DNA of 45,550 bases from Planctomycetota bacterium (GCA_027001995.1 JALTLO010000054.1:21056-66605); one strand, 5' to 3'. Positions 28,212 through 37,269 are shown, counted from the stretch's first letter. A program made the numbers and translations. The notes: generated from the letters alone by a model not told the origin.

Positions 28212-28469
28212 TCATGGGCTTGCGGTCAAATTCTCCCGGACAATGCGAGGGTGACGTGCTGCAATTCGAAGCAACGCGATTGCGGGTCCTTCTGGTTGTC
28301 TGCGCCCTTGCTCCCAGTTTCTAAGAGTATGAACACTTATGCTCATGGCTTGAGAAAAAGCCTCCTGGGTGAGTCCCACAAATTTCCTCAAAGAGATAAA
28401 GTCTTCACCACACTCGAAACGACCCTGGATAAAGACGCACTTCGTTCCAAGAACAAGGAATTGCAACAA
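28212..28469 (-). CDS. XRE/HigA-like helix-turn-helix protein, probably N-terminally truncated
   Basis: LRKFVGLTQEAFSQAMSISVHTLRNWEQGRRQPEGPAIALLRI; only a TTG start, no clear RBS. Confidence 0.7.
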   Translation of the reverse strand: MLQFLVLGTKCVFIQGRFECGEDFISLRKFVGLTQEAFSQAMSISVHTLRNWEQGRRQPEGPAIALLRIAARHPRIVRENLTASP

Positions 28470-28481
28470 GAATTGGTCAGG

Positions 28482-29648
28482 CTAAGCAACGGTGCGTCGG
28501 AGGAAATCCTCAAACAACGGCACCGTGAAGGCAATGTCGCCGTGGGCGGGGCTAAAGATCATTCCTTTTCGGATGATCTGAGCTCGCCGGGGACCGAGTG
28601 CCTGGACGTCTTGACCAAGCTTGTCGGCCACATCCGCGGATCGATATGGGCCCGTTCCCAGATCGGCCATGGCACGCACGTATTCCTTTTCCTTGGGAGT
28701 TAAGCGATCAAGTCGCACTCGGAAAAATCCGTCGTCCAACCGCCGTAGCGCGGCTTTGGAGGCTTGTTCTATGTCGCTGATATTGATCGGTGATTTGGCA
28801 GCAGCATTCCAAGCCTGGTATCCCCACTCCTGCAAGAAGTAAGGATATCCATGGGTTTTCTCGTATATTGCTTGCAGCGCGCAGCGGTCGATTGCTTCGC
28901 CTTCGTCAATGATGGGCTTCTGTATCGCGTCAAACGCTGCTTGTTCGTCTAACGCACCAATAGGCGGATAGTCGAAGAGACGTTCCGCATAGGACTTAGC
29001 ATTGCCGGATAATGCAGCGATCTGAGGAAGCCCAGCACCAAAGAATGTGACGGGTAGCCCTTTCTGCGCAATTCGATGTATCGCGACAATGAGCGCGGAC
29101 AATTCCTCTTTCTTCAGGTACTGGAGTTCGTCGACCAGCAGCGTCCAGCCCTTTTTTGCCGCTTTGGCAGCCTTGCCGACCTCTTGGAATAGTGCAGTGA
29201 CGTCAACCTCAAGGTTGCCACTATTGGCGAGCCCTGGTTCGGCATCCACCGAAATCGAGACATCGCCAAATTCAATCTTGAAGACGCTTGCGAATCCACG
29301 CAGTGCTGCCAACGCTCGGTGGCTCATCGCCTTCGCACCCTCAACCAAGGACAGTTTCTGCAATACTTGGTGCACAGCGGGGTACAACAAATCCGCCAAG
29401 CGGTTGTCCTCAGGAGCTTCGAGGAAGGAGGTTAAATGACCACTTTCTTCGGCCATCGCTTCGATCTTGTTCAACAGCACCGTCTTGCCGGTTCCACGCA
29501 AACCCAACAGGATTTGGGACTTATCGTGACGTCCTTTTATTACCCTTAGGAGCGCGATTCTTGCCGTTTCAAGAATCGAGCTTCTACCAGCGAGCGCCGG
29601 CGGTTGTGATCCTGTACCCGGTGCGAAGGGATTGGCTATTTGATCCAT
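28482..29648 (-). CDS. AAA+/STAND-like P-loop ATPase with C-terminal winged helix
   Basis: NPFAPGTG..PP.LAGR, Walker A GLRGTGKT, Walker B LLVDELQ, GYPYFLQ, C-terminal wHTH-like RSADVADKLG...KGMIF. Confidence 0.85.
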   Translation of the reverse strand: MDQIANPFAPGTGSQPPALAGRSSILETARIALLRVIKGRHDKSQILLGLRGTGKTVLLNKIEAMAEESGHLTSFLEAPEDNRLADLLYPAVHQVLQKLSLVEGAKAMSHRALAALRGFASVFKIEFGDVSISVDAEPGLANSGNLEVDVTALFQEVGKAAKAAKKGWTLLVDELQYLKKEELSALIVAIHRIAQKGLPVTFFGAGLPQIAALSGNAKSYAERLFDYPPIGALDEQAAFDAIQKPIIDEGEAIDRCALQAIYEKTHGYPYFLQEWGYQAWNAAAKSPINISDIEQASKAALRRLDDGFFRVRLDRLTPKEKEYVRAMADLGTGPYRSADVADKLGQDVQALGPRRAQIIRKGMIFSPAHGDIAFTVPLFEDFLRRTVA

Positions 29649-29658
29649 GTCCGGAGTA

Positions 29659-29712
29659 TAAGAAGTTTATGCAAGTATATTAACATGTCATTATACTTGC
29701 ATAAACTTCTTA
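29659..29712. repeat. Perfect 21-bp inverted repeat, candidate operator or cruciform
   Basis: TAAGAAGTTTATGCAAGTATA (29659-29679) and TATACTTGCATAAACTTCTTA (29692-29712), 12-bp spacer centred on ACATGT. Confidence 0.95.
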
Positions 29713-29877
29713 CATAAACGTACCAGGTCAACTTCGCCAGTTTTCTGAAGCCAAGAGAGACCCGCAACGGACCTTGTCACTGAGGACGATGATGCGCTGA
29801 TGGAGGCACCTGCGCGAGCCGGGTTTCATTCGTTGTCTATCAGTGATCAAGAGACTGGGGTCGTTAGGCGCAACACA

Positions 29878-31110
29878 TCACTCGGGTATCTGGATTTTGA
29901 TTTCTGCATCGTAGATGCCAGTAGGATCACCTCTTTCGGCCAATGTCTTGGCGATGACAGCGATGGTCCTTTTTGGGACGTCGTGGTAGACGACCTGGTC
30001 GTGAACGAGGATCTTGATGGCTCTATCCAAGTCGGTCATCTCGTCGTTGAGACGAATAAGAAATGAAGACGGGCAATTCGCTTGGGGGGAGATGGTGAAT
30101 TGGGCGCCTTTTCGTACGGCTACGACGTGAGCTCCTTGGCGCCGATCAGTATGGGCTACGGCTAACCAATAGAAACGGCTGTGAAGGACATTATCCTGAA
30201 GCCAAACTATCTTTGTTGGATTGGGATTGCGTTCGAATTTTGCCATCCAAGGAAGGGCGATGGTATCTTCGCGGTTCATCCAATGGCCATATTCTGGGTA
30301 GATCTTCACCACATGCTCATAGCCGTCCCGGTCGCCATCCTTGAGTTTCTTCAACTGCTGTTTCCATTCGGCGGCGATAAGGTTGCGCTTGTAGGCTTTG
30401 TCCTTTCCACCCATCTGTAGGATGAATCCAATGTTGCGGAGTCCAAGTGGGGAAGCATCATTGGGGTGGCCTGCCATCATCGCAGCGGCAGCCCAGCGAT
30501 CAGCCATCCTTGGGGCCAACTGATAGACACCGTCACCCCCTGCAGAATAGCCCATGATATAGACGCGATTGGGGTTGACGTCATGAAAGACAATCATGTT
30601 TTCAATCAAACGGTCGAAGAATTTGTCTATGTGCCCCTGGTGCCAGAGATTCCAGGAGTTTGTTGGTGCTCTCGGTGCCACATAGACGCCCTCTCTTGGA
30701 GCATACAAGCGTTGCTGATTGCGCCACTGTTGGTCATTCACTTTTGCCGTTGTGCCACCTCCACCGTGAAGAGAGATGTAAAGGCTCCGTCCTGACTTTG
30801 GTTTCTTGCCAAAGATCTTGGTGGTGAATTTCATCTGCTTGTTGCCAAGCTGAATGACTTTGTCTTTCATTTCCTTGGCCCGGGCAGCTTTGATGATTGC
30901 AACATGATCTTGCCACAGTAGAGTTCTTGCTCTTCTTGCTTCGGCGTTCGAAATGCCTTCTTGGGCGAAGCTTTGTTTTACAAGGGGGCCCCGGCTCTCA
31001 AAATCTTTGGCTAAGTAAGCCTTGAGCAAAGCGACGTGGTCTTGGGCTCGCCCCAAGCCTGGGAGAAAAAGAATGAGAGCGAATATGTTGATATGGGCGA
31101 ATCTTGTCAT
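29878..31110 (-). CDS. Secreted alpha/beta hydrolase, homolog of 9099-10445
   Basis: Signal peptide, SLHGGGG, MGYSAGG, AAAMMAGHP, YGHWM, RFYWL. Confidence 0.85.
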   Translation of the reverse strand: MTRFAHINIFALILFLPGLGRAQDHVALLKAYLAKDFESRGPLVKQSFAQEGISNAEARRARTLLWQDHVAIIKAARAKEMKDKVIQLGNKQMKFTTKIFGKKPKSGRSLYISLHGGGGTTAKVNDQQWRNQQRLYAPREGVYVAPRAPTNSWNLWHQGHIDKFFDRLIENMIVFHDVNPNRVYIMGYSAGGDGVYQLAPRMADRWAAAAMMAGHPNDASPLGLRNIGFILQMGGKDKAYKRNLIAAEWKQQLKKLKDGDRDGYEHVVKIYPEYGHWMNREDTIALPWMAKFERNPNPTKIVWLQDNVLHSRFYWLAVAHTDRRQGAHVVAVRKGAQFTISPQANCPSSFLIRLNDEMTDLDRAIKILVHDQVVYHDVPKRTIAVIAKTLAERGDPTGIYDAEIKIQIPE

Positions 31111-31139
31111 GGGAATCCTGTTGAAGGAATTGTTGTGGC

Positions 31140-31805
31140 TCAAAGTCCCAGTTCTTTTCCGGCTTTCCAAGTTCTGGGGCAACGATCTCTTGTCCCAGCC
31201 TCATCGGCAAAGAGACGGGATAGATCGTCTGGGGTGTCGATGTCGCCGTGGGGTTGGAGGACAGTGATCCTTAGACCGAGTTCTTCGCAACGCCCTCGGG
31301 TGTTTTTCAAGTTGTTGCTGGTGGACATTGTTAGCTGAAAGATTTCCGGGTGTGGCTTCTTCATACCAACCAGATAGTAACCACCGCCCAAGTCTGGACC
31401 GAAAACAACATCTGTGTTGTTTTGCTCGAGGGCTTCAAAAGCTTCTTCGACGCGGGTGAGAGGTAGGTCTGGGCTATCACTGTTGCGCATCACCACCGGG
31501 TCGCCAGTCCCAAGGAGTTGATCAAATGCGTGGATCATCCGCTGGCCTAGAGTTGGACCTTCTTGGCATATGAGGTGGACGCCGTCGGGAGCGAGGTGGC
31601 GAAAACGAGGTTTGGCTTCTTTGGGGGTAAAAGCCAAGGTCAACTGCCAAGGGCCTAAGGACATGGTGCCCATGACATCTTTCAACATAGCTTCATACAA
31701 TAGGCATGCGCCGTTTTCCCCAATGGCTGGGATGAGCCTGGTCTTGACCTGTCCTGGTTGAGGGTCTTTGGCCATGACGAGCAGTTGGCCTGGGTGGCTT
31801 TTCAT
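31140..31805 (-). CDS. DUF2064/TIGR04282-family glycosyltransferase-like protein
   Basis: MAKDPQPGQVKTRL, QEGPTLGQRM, SDSPDL, VFGPDLGGGYYLVG, DIDTPDDL. Confidence 0.88.
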   Translation of the reverse strand: MKSHPGQLLVMAKDPQPGQVKTRLIPAIGENGACLLYEAMLKDVMGTMSLGPWQLTLAFTPKEAKPRFRHLAPDGVHLICQEGPTLGQRMIHAFDQLLGTGDPVVMRNSDSPDLPLTRVEEAFEALEQNNTDVVFGPDLGGGYYLVGMKKPHPEIFQLTMSTSNNLKNTRGRCEELGLRITVLQPHGDIDTPDDLSRLFADEAGTRDRCPRTWKAGKELGL

Positions 31806-31945
31806 TTCTTCCCCATTCTCAGCTCTTGTTTTCATCATGTTGCCATAAGCAGCTAAACATTGGGTGGAGGAGAGAGCCCATTTTTTCCGATATTTGTTTG
31901 GAGAAGTGTGGAAGCCGTTTGACTTGGAAGTTTGGATAATTATTC

Positions 31946-32584
31946 ATGGATATTGCTGTCGTCTTGAGTGGCCATCGCCATGGGGCAAGTGGCTCGGATC
32001 TGATGCTGCATCCCTTCGCAGATTCCTCTTTGCTTGAGATTGCTTTAGAGAAGCTTCAGAGTCTGGATGCCCCCTGCGCTAAGTACGTGGCCTGCCCTGA
32101 CCGAGAAGTGAAAAGCCTTGTGGGCCAATACCGGGGGTTAGAGACGATTCGAGCGTCCCATCTTTTGAACTGGCCTGGTACAAATAGTCCAAGTAAGGCT
32201 CTTGCCCATTTGCGCTCGTTGTCAGAGTTGTGGATTCTGGTGGTGAACCCGGAGTTTCCATTTGTCGATGGCGAACTTTGGTGGCAGGTAGTTGAAGATT
32301 TTTTGGCCACTCAATCTCAATGTATTGTCAGTGCCGAATCTATCGACGGGCCGTTCTTTTCTTCGGAAGGAACTCCCTTAGATGGCGAGGAACGCTTGTT
32401 TCGACAGAATGAGGCTTTCATCCTGATATCACAAGAACAGCTCTGCCAGCCTCTTGGATTGCGGAAGGTGGCATTCTCGCCTTACATTCTGTCAGGGGAC
32501 ATCACTCAGCGTGTTTGCTCTCCTCGAGAGATTCGTATTCTCGAAACGGCCTACACTTGGCAGCAACTGGGCACTCCGGTTTGA
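31946..32584 (+). CDS. Degenerate NeuA/KdsB-like cytidylyltransferase-fold protein
   Basis: IAVVLSGHRHGASGSDLMLHPFADSSLLEIALEKL resembles the NeuA N-terminus; VNPEFPF and QNEAFILI later; key Arg/Lys residues absent. Confidence 0.5.
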   Translation: MDIAVVLSGHRHGASGSDLMLHPFADSSLLEIALEKLQSLDAPCAKYVACPDREVKSLVGQYRGLETIRASHLLNWPGTNSPSKALAHLRSLSELWILVVNPEFPFVDGELWWQVVEDFLATQSQCIVSAESIDGPFFSSEGTPLDGEERLFRQNEAFILISQEQLCQPLGLRKVAFSPYILSGDITQRVCSPREIRILETAYTWQQLGTPV

Positions 32585-32801
32585 CATCACACCGGACTCA
32601 CTCGTTGAATTTATCAATCGTAACGATCGACAGAACTCTCTTGTGCTCAGGCATTTGTAATCGTATTTTTTTGAAACAACCATTTGCCGCAGCCCTTTGT
32701 TGACGGCACACATATCATCAAGTAAAGATGGTGTGCCGCTGTCGTGTTTCGGCAGTTTCCGAGTTTCGCCCTTTTGCTCTACGAAGATAGAACACCGCTT
32801 G

Positions 32802-33038
32802 ATGTCGCAAGAAATAAAGATTGTCAGTGTGTCCATCCCTGCTGACTTGGTTCGAGAATTGGACCGAGTTTGTGATCTCGAACATCGTAATCGCAGTGAA
32901 CTTTATCGAGAGTCGTTGCGGCAATACTTGAAGCTTCGCCGCTGGCAGGCTTTGCGAGAGTACAGTGTTGCTAAGGCTGCTGTTGCCGGATCTGAGGGAA
33001 TCGACTTGGAAAAGATTGTCGAGGAACTCAGTGCCTAA
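32802..33038 (+). CDS. Ribbon-helix-helix (CopG/NikR-like) protein, putative antitoxin
   Basis: KIVSVSIPADLVRELD...RNRSELYRESLRQYL; overlaps the PIN gene. Confidence 0.85.
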   Translation: MSQEIKIVSVSIPADLVRELDRVCDLEHRNRSELYRESLRQYLKLRRWQALREYSVAKAAVAGSEGIDLEKIVEELSA

Positions 33039-33438
33039 GAATAAGAGACCTGCACCCATCGACCGGATTGCCGTCGATACTGCCATCTGGCTCAAAGCGC
33101 TTCTCTTTGGGGGCTCCGCTGAAGAACTCATTAAGATGGCCGTCACAGGCAAGGTCGAAATCTTGACCACAGAGGCCCAATTTGAAGACCTCAAAAGGGT
33201 GCTTCAGGACCGCCTTCATTTCTCCGACACAGCGGTGGCAGAAATTAGGGAATTCATGGAGTCTGCAACGACTCTGGTGAAAACCCCAGAAGAGCCTGCT
33301 GCTGGCCCTGGGGAGCGTTTGTCCCCATTGTTGCAGGCAGCCCGCCTATCGAACGCCAGTGCTATTGCCACCAGCGATGGCGCTCGCTTCATGGGAATCC
33401 AAGATTTCGAAGGAATTCCCATCGTCACCGTCTCATAG
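33031..33438 (+). CDS. PIN domain protein (PIN_3/TIGR00305-like), putative toxin
   Basis: RIAVDTAIWLKALLFGG, IATSD, FEGIPIVT; GTG start inside the end of the RHH gene. Confidence 0.8.
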   Translation: MPKNKRPAPIDRIAVDTAIWLKALLFGGSAEELIKMAVTGKVEILTTEAQFEDLKRVLQDRLHFSDTAVAEIREFMESATTLVKTPEEPAAGPGERLSPLLQAARLSNASAIATSDGARFMGIQDFEGIPIVTVS

Positions 33439-33532
33439 CCGCTCTGCTTGTGGATTCTGGCTGAGGCTCAGGTCTTTCTCTGCCCATTCATAAATCATAA
33501 GATGGGCTTCGCCATTTTTTGCGAGGAGCCCA

Positions 33533-34324
33533 TTGATGACAGAGCAGCTTGTTCAATATTCGGTCCAAGATGGTGTGGCTGTCTTGACCTTGGCCGATCC
33601 CCCGGCCAATGCCTACACCCACGAAATGCTGTTGGCCCTTGATTCCTGTATCCTGAAAGCCAGGTTTGACGATTCTGTTCATGTCATCCTACTCACGGGG
33701 GCTGGAGAGAAGTTCTTCTGCGCCGGGGCCAATATCCAAATGCTGCAGGGGGTGGATCCTAGCTTCAAGTACTACTTCTGCATGCACGCCAATGAGACTC
33801 TCAACCGTTTGGAGTCCACACCTAAATTGGTGATCGCCGCATTGAATGGACATACCGTTGGCGGAGGATTAGAGATTGCCCTGGCTTGCGACCTTCGCAT
33901 TGCGAAAGCAGGATCCAGCAAGTGTGGCATTCCGGAAGTGGCCCTGGGAGTTCTTCCTGGTACCGGCGGCACCCAGCGATTAATTCGACTTCTGGGGCGC
34001 CAAAAAGCCCTGAAGTTGATGATTGACGGTGAGAATTCTTCTTTCGATGAAGCTTTGAGTCTGGGGCTTATTGATGAGATTCTCCCGGAAGAGAATTTCA
34101 TGGAAGCTGTTTTGAAGTTGGCTCGGGGCTATTTGCCTCCGACCAAAGCGTCCAAAGCCGTTGGCATGATCAAGCGCGCTTGCATTTCTGGAGCCGAGAT
34201 GTCTTTTCATGATGGCTTGGCCTTAGAAAGAGAGCTGCAGCAACAACTCTTTCAAAGCAAAGATGCCATGGAAGGTATCACGGCCTTTAACGAGAAGAGA
34301 TCACCTCATTTTGGTGGCAGTTAA
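33533..34324 (+). CDS. Enoyl-CoA hydratase/isomerase (crotonase family)
   Basis: FCAGANI, GGGLEIALACDLR, PEVALGVLPGTGGTQRL. Confidence 0.93.
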   Translation: MMTEQLVQYSVQDGVAVLTLADPPANAYTHEMLLALDSCILKARFDDSVHVILLTGAGEKFFCAGANIQMLQGVDPSFKYYFCMHANETLNRLESTPKLVIAALNGHTVGGGLEIALACDLRIAKAGSSKCGIPEVALGVLPGTGGTQRLIRLLGRQKALKLMIDGENSSFDEALSLGLIDEILPEENFMEAVLKLARGYLPPTKASKAVGMIKRACISGAEMSFHDGLALERELQQQLFQSKDAMEGITAFNEKRSPHFGGS

Positions 34325-34326
34325 CT

Positions 34327-35364
34327 ATGAGTACGATGAAAGCTTGTTTGATCGAAGAGCACGGCGGGCCGGATGTTATTAAGTTTGCCGATTGCCCCAT
34401 CGCCGAACCCAAAGCCAATGAGGTACGGGTGGCTATTCAAGCTGCGGGGATGAACCATCTTGATTGTTGGGTGCGCAAGGGTGTTGAGGGACACAAATTT
34501 CCCTTGCCCATAATTCCTGGCTGCGACGGCGCCGGAGTGGTCGAGGCAATAGGAAGCGATGTTCAGCACGCCCAAGTGGGAGACCGAGTCGCTTTAGCAC
34601 CGGGATTCTCTTGCGGTGTCTGTGATCATTGTGCCGGGGGCCGCCAAAACCTCTGTCGTTATTACGGCATTTTTGGTGAGACCACCAACGGAACGAACGC
34701 TGAACTCATCTGCGTCCCAGAATGCAATCTTTTGCCCATGCCATCGTCTATGAGTTTCGTCGATGCTGCGGCTTCTCCTTTGGTCTTTTTGACCGCCTGG
34801 CACATGCTCATGAACCGCTGTGGTTTGCAAGCCGGCGATAAGGTTCTGGTTCATGCTGCTGGCAGCGGGGTCTCCATGGCCGCCATCCAAATCGCCAAAC
34901 TCATGGGGGCAGAGGTGTTCACCACTGCCAGCACCCAAGAAAAGGTCGATCAAGGTCTCACTCTCGGGGCGGACCATGGCATTAACTACAAAGAAACGGA
35001 CTTTCTTAAGGTGACCCGCGAGCTCACCAAGAGAGCGGGTATTGACATCGTGGTGGATCATGTCGGTGGGGAGAATATCGGACGTAGCATTCGTAGCTTG
35101 GCTAAAGGAGGCCGGGTTGTCACCTGCGGGGCAACATCAGGGCCAGCTTTGGAAGCCGACCTCAGGCTCATCTTCTTCAAGAGCCTCTCTGTCCTTGGTT
35201 CCACCATGGGAGGTTTGGGCGACATGAGGGACGTTTGGGGTCTCATTTGCTCAGGCAAGCTAAAACCAGTGGTTGGGGAAGTCCTGCCACTGTCTGAAGT
35301 CAGTCGGGGGCACGCTCTTCTGGAGCAACGTGCCGTCTTTGGAAAGGTCGTTTTGACATCATGA
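34327..35364 (+). CDS. Zinc-binding MDR family dehydrogenase/reductase
   Basis: NHLD, PGCDGAG, CGVCDHC..G..NLC structural Zn site, AAGSGV, GSTMG. Confidence 0.9.
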   Translation: MSTMKACLIEEHGGPDVIKFADCPIAEPKANEVRVAIQAAGMNHLDCWVRKGVEGHKFPLPIIPGCDGAGVVEAIGSDVQHAQVGDRVALAPGFSCGVCDHCAGGRQNLCRYYGIFGETTNGTNAELICVPECNLLPMPSSMSFVDAAASPLVFLTAWHMLMNRCGLQAGDKVLVHAAGSGVSMAAIQIAKLMGAEVFTTASTQEKVDQGLTLGADHGINYKETDFLKVTRELTKRAGIDIVVDHVGGENIGRSIRSLAKGGRVVTCGATSGPALEADLRLIFFKSLSVLGSTMGGLGDMRDVWGLICSGKLKPVVGEVLPLSEVSRGHALLEQRAVFGKVVLTS

Positions 35365-36128
35365 ATTATGAAACCCTGAAAATTGCGAAGAAAGACGGAT
35401 GGGCAGAAGTCATCTTCAACCGTCCGGAAGTCTTGAATGCTATTAACTTGGCGATGGTCAAGGATTTGAGCGCTGCTATCGATGAATTAGCCACAGATGA
35501 AGACGTTCGTGGCCTCATTTTTTATGGTGCCGGAGAAAAAGCCTTTGTGGCTGGAGCCGACATCTCAGAATTGGTCGAGCGTAAGACTTCGGATGCCTTG
35601 TCAGCCATCAATGCTGGTTTGTTTCAAAAGATCGAAGATTTCCCCTGGCCAACAATCGGAGCGATTCAAGGTTACGCATTGGGCGGTGGCTGCGAATTGT
35701 CTTTGGCTTTGGATATCCGCTTGGGCAGTGAGTCTACCCAAATGGGGCAGCCAGAAGTGAATTTGGGTATCATCCCAGGGGCTGGGGCTCCCCACCGTTT
35801 GACCCGGCAAGTCGGCCCAGGCATGGCGCGAGAGCTGATATTCACCGGCAAGATCATTGACGCTGAGGAGTGCTTGAGGATTGGTCTTATTAACCACATA
35901 CATCCAGAGGGCGAGGTCATAGAAGCTGCCCGCGCCATGATGAAGACCATCTTGAAGAAAGGCCAAATGGCTGTGCGGGTGGCGAAAGTGGCGCTGAATG
36001 CCGCCGTCAATACGGTAGATCGTCGTTCGCAGATGGTGGAATGCTTAGGGCAAGGGATGCTCTTTGACACAGAAGATCAAAAAGGTCGCATGACGCGGTT
36101 TTTGGAACGCAAGAAGGCGAAGAAGTAG
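35361..36128 (+). CDS. Enoyl-CoA hydratase/isomerase (crotonase family)
   Basis: NRPEVLNA, FVAGADI, GGGCEL, QPEVNLGIIPG. Confidence 0.93.
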   Translation: MNYETLKIAKKDGWAEVIFNRPEVLNAINLAMVKDLSAAIDELATDEDVRGLIFYGAGEKAFVAGADISELVERKTSDALSAINAGLFQKIEDFPWPTIGAIQGYALGGGCELSLALDIRLGSESTQMGQPEVNLGIIPGAGAPHRLTRQVGPGMARELIFTGKIIDAEECLRIGLINHIHPEGEVIEAARAMMKTILKKGQMAVRVAKVALNAAVNTVDRRSQMVECLGQGMLFDTEDQKGRMTRFLERKKAKK

Positions 36129-36139
36129 GAACAATTCAA

Positions 36140-37045
36140 ATGAGTGACATGGCAGCAAACATCAAGAGCATTTTGGTCGTTGGTTCCGGGACCATGGGTT
36201 TAGGCATTGCCCAAGTAGCCGCCATGGGTGGCTTTGAGACGCATCTTTTCGACATCAAAGAAGAGCAGTTAGAAAGTGCGCGCGCTCGGATCGAAGGTAA
36301 CATTCGAAAAGGCATCAAGCTAGGTAAGGTTGATGAGGCTGCAGGAGAAGCAGGTCTTGCCCGCTTGTCCACCACCACGGACTTGGACAAAGCCCTGGCT
36401 ATATCTGACATGCTGATCGAAGCCATCCCAGAGCGGATGGAGTTAAAGCAACAACTCTTCGCACGGGCGGATGAGCTGATGAAGCCGGAGGCAATCTTAG
36501 CCACTAACACCACAGGTTTGTCGATTACTGAGATTGGTTCGGTCACAGAGCGCCCGGGGCAAGTTATCGGAATGCACTTCTTTAATCCCGTGCATATCAT
36601 GAAGCTGGTGGAGATCATTCGTTCGAAGAATACCAGTGCCGAGACTTTTGCTGCCACTGTGGCGGTTTCCCAGCGCATGGGTAAAGAGACTGTGGAAGTC
36701 AATGAGTCCGCGGGTTTCGTCACCAGTCGAATCAACGCTTTGATCGGCAACGAGGCTTTTCGCATGTGGGAAGCGGGAGTTGCTGAGCCAGAGGATATTG
36801 ACAAGGCTTTGAAGCTGGGCCTCAATCATCCCATGGGACCATTTGAATTGGTCGACTTGGTGGGACTAGACGTCCGGGCATTCAGCACCAAGAACCTCAA
36901 TGAGCATTTGGGTCCCATGTATGAACCCTGCCAGATTATCTTAGACCTTGTCACTGCAGGACGCTTGGGCAAGAAGACCGGTCATGGTGTTTACCGCTAC
37001 GACGAGGCCGGGAAACGCATCCCAGGAAGTGCTTCCAAGCCCTAA
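36140..37045 (+). CDS. 3-hydroxyacyl-CoA dehydrogenase
   Basis: GSGTMGLGIA, EAIPE, GMHFFNP, HPMGPFELVDLVGLD, GRLGKKTG.G.Y. Confidence 0.95.
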   Translation: MSDMAANIKSILVVGSGTMGLGIAQVAAMGGFETHLFDIKEEQLESARARIEGNIRKGIKLGKVDEAAGEAGLARLSTTTDLDKALAISDMLIEAIPERMELKQQLFARADELMKPEAILATNTTGLSITEIGSVTERPGQVIGMHFFNPVHIMKLVEIIRSKNTSAETFAATVAVSQRMGKETVEVNESAGFVTSRINALIGNEAFRMWEAGVAEPEDIDKALKLGLNHPMGPFELVDLVGLDVRAFSTKNLNEHLGPMYEPCQIILDLVTAGRLGKKTGHGVYRYDEAGKRIPGSASKP

Positions 37046-37072
37046 CCTGGGTCTTCATTCAGAATATATCGC

Positions 37073-37111
37073 TATCTCCAGGCATGAATAATATGCCTGG
37101 AGATATTTTAT
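37073..37111 (+). terminator. Intrinsic terminator of the first CoA operon
   Basis: TATCTCCAGGCAT-7 nt-ATGCCTGGAGATA perfect 13-bp stem followed by TTTTAT. Confidence 0.75.
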
Positions 37112-37269
37112 TGCCTCTTCGTAAGTCTTGCGTATTTCACCGCATAGGGCACAAATCGTTCGTAATAAGAATGGGGAACTTGGATTAGGAAGCACTTCGC
37201 TAAAGCGTGAGTGCCCAATGGAACGAAAAGGAAGCTGTGAGGCATGACACCAGTTCCGAGGCCGTATTG

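Noticed and set aside
28167..28703. 178-aa plus-strand ORF in the islet
   Set aside because: Lies antisense to the HTH and ATPase genes, which have clear motifs
29726..29869. Possible integron attC site (GCCTAAC just after the hydrolase stop on the minus strand)
   Set aside because: No correctly spaced complementary GTTRRRY or L boxes, no other attC-like sites and no integrase
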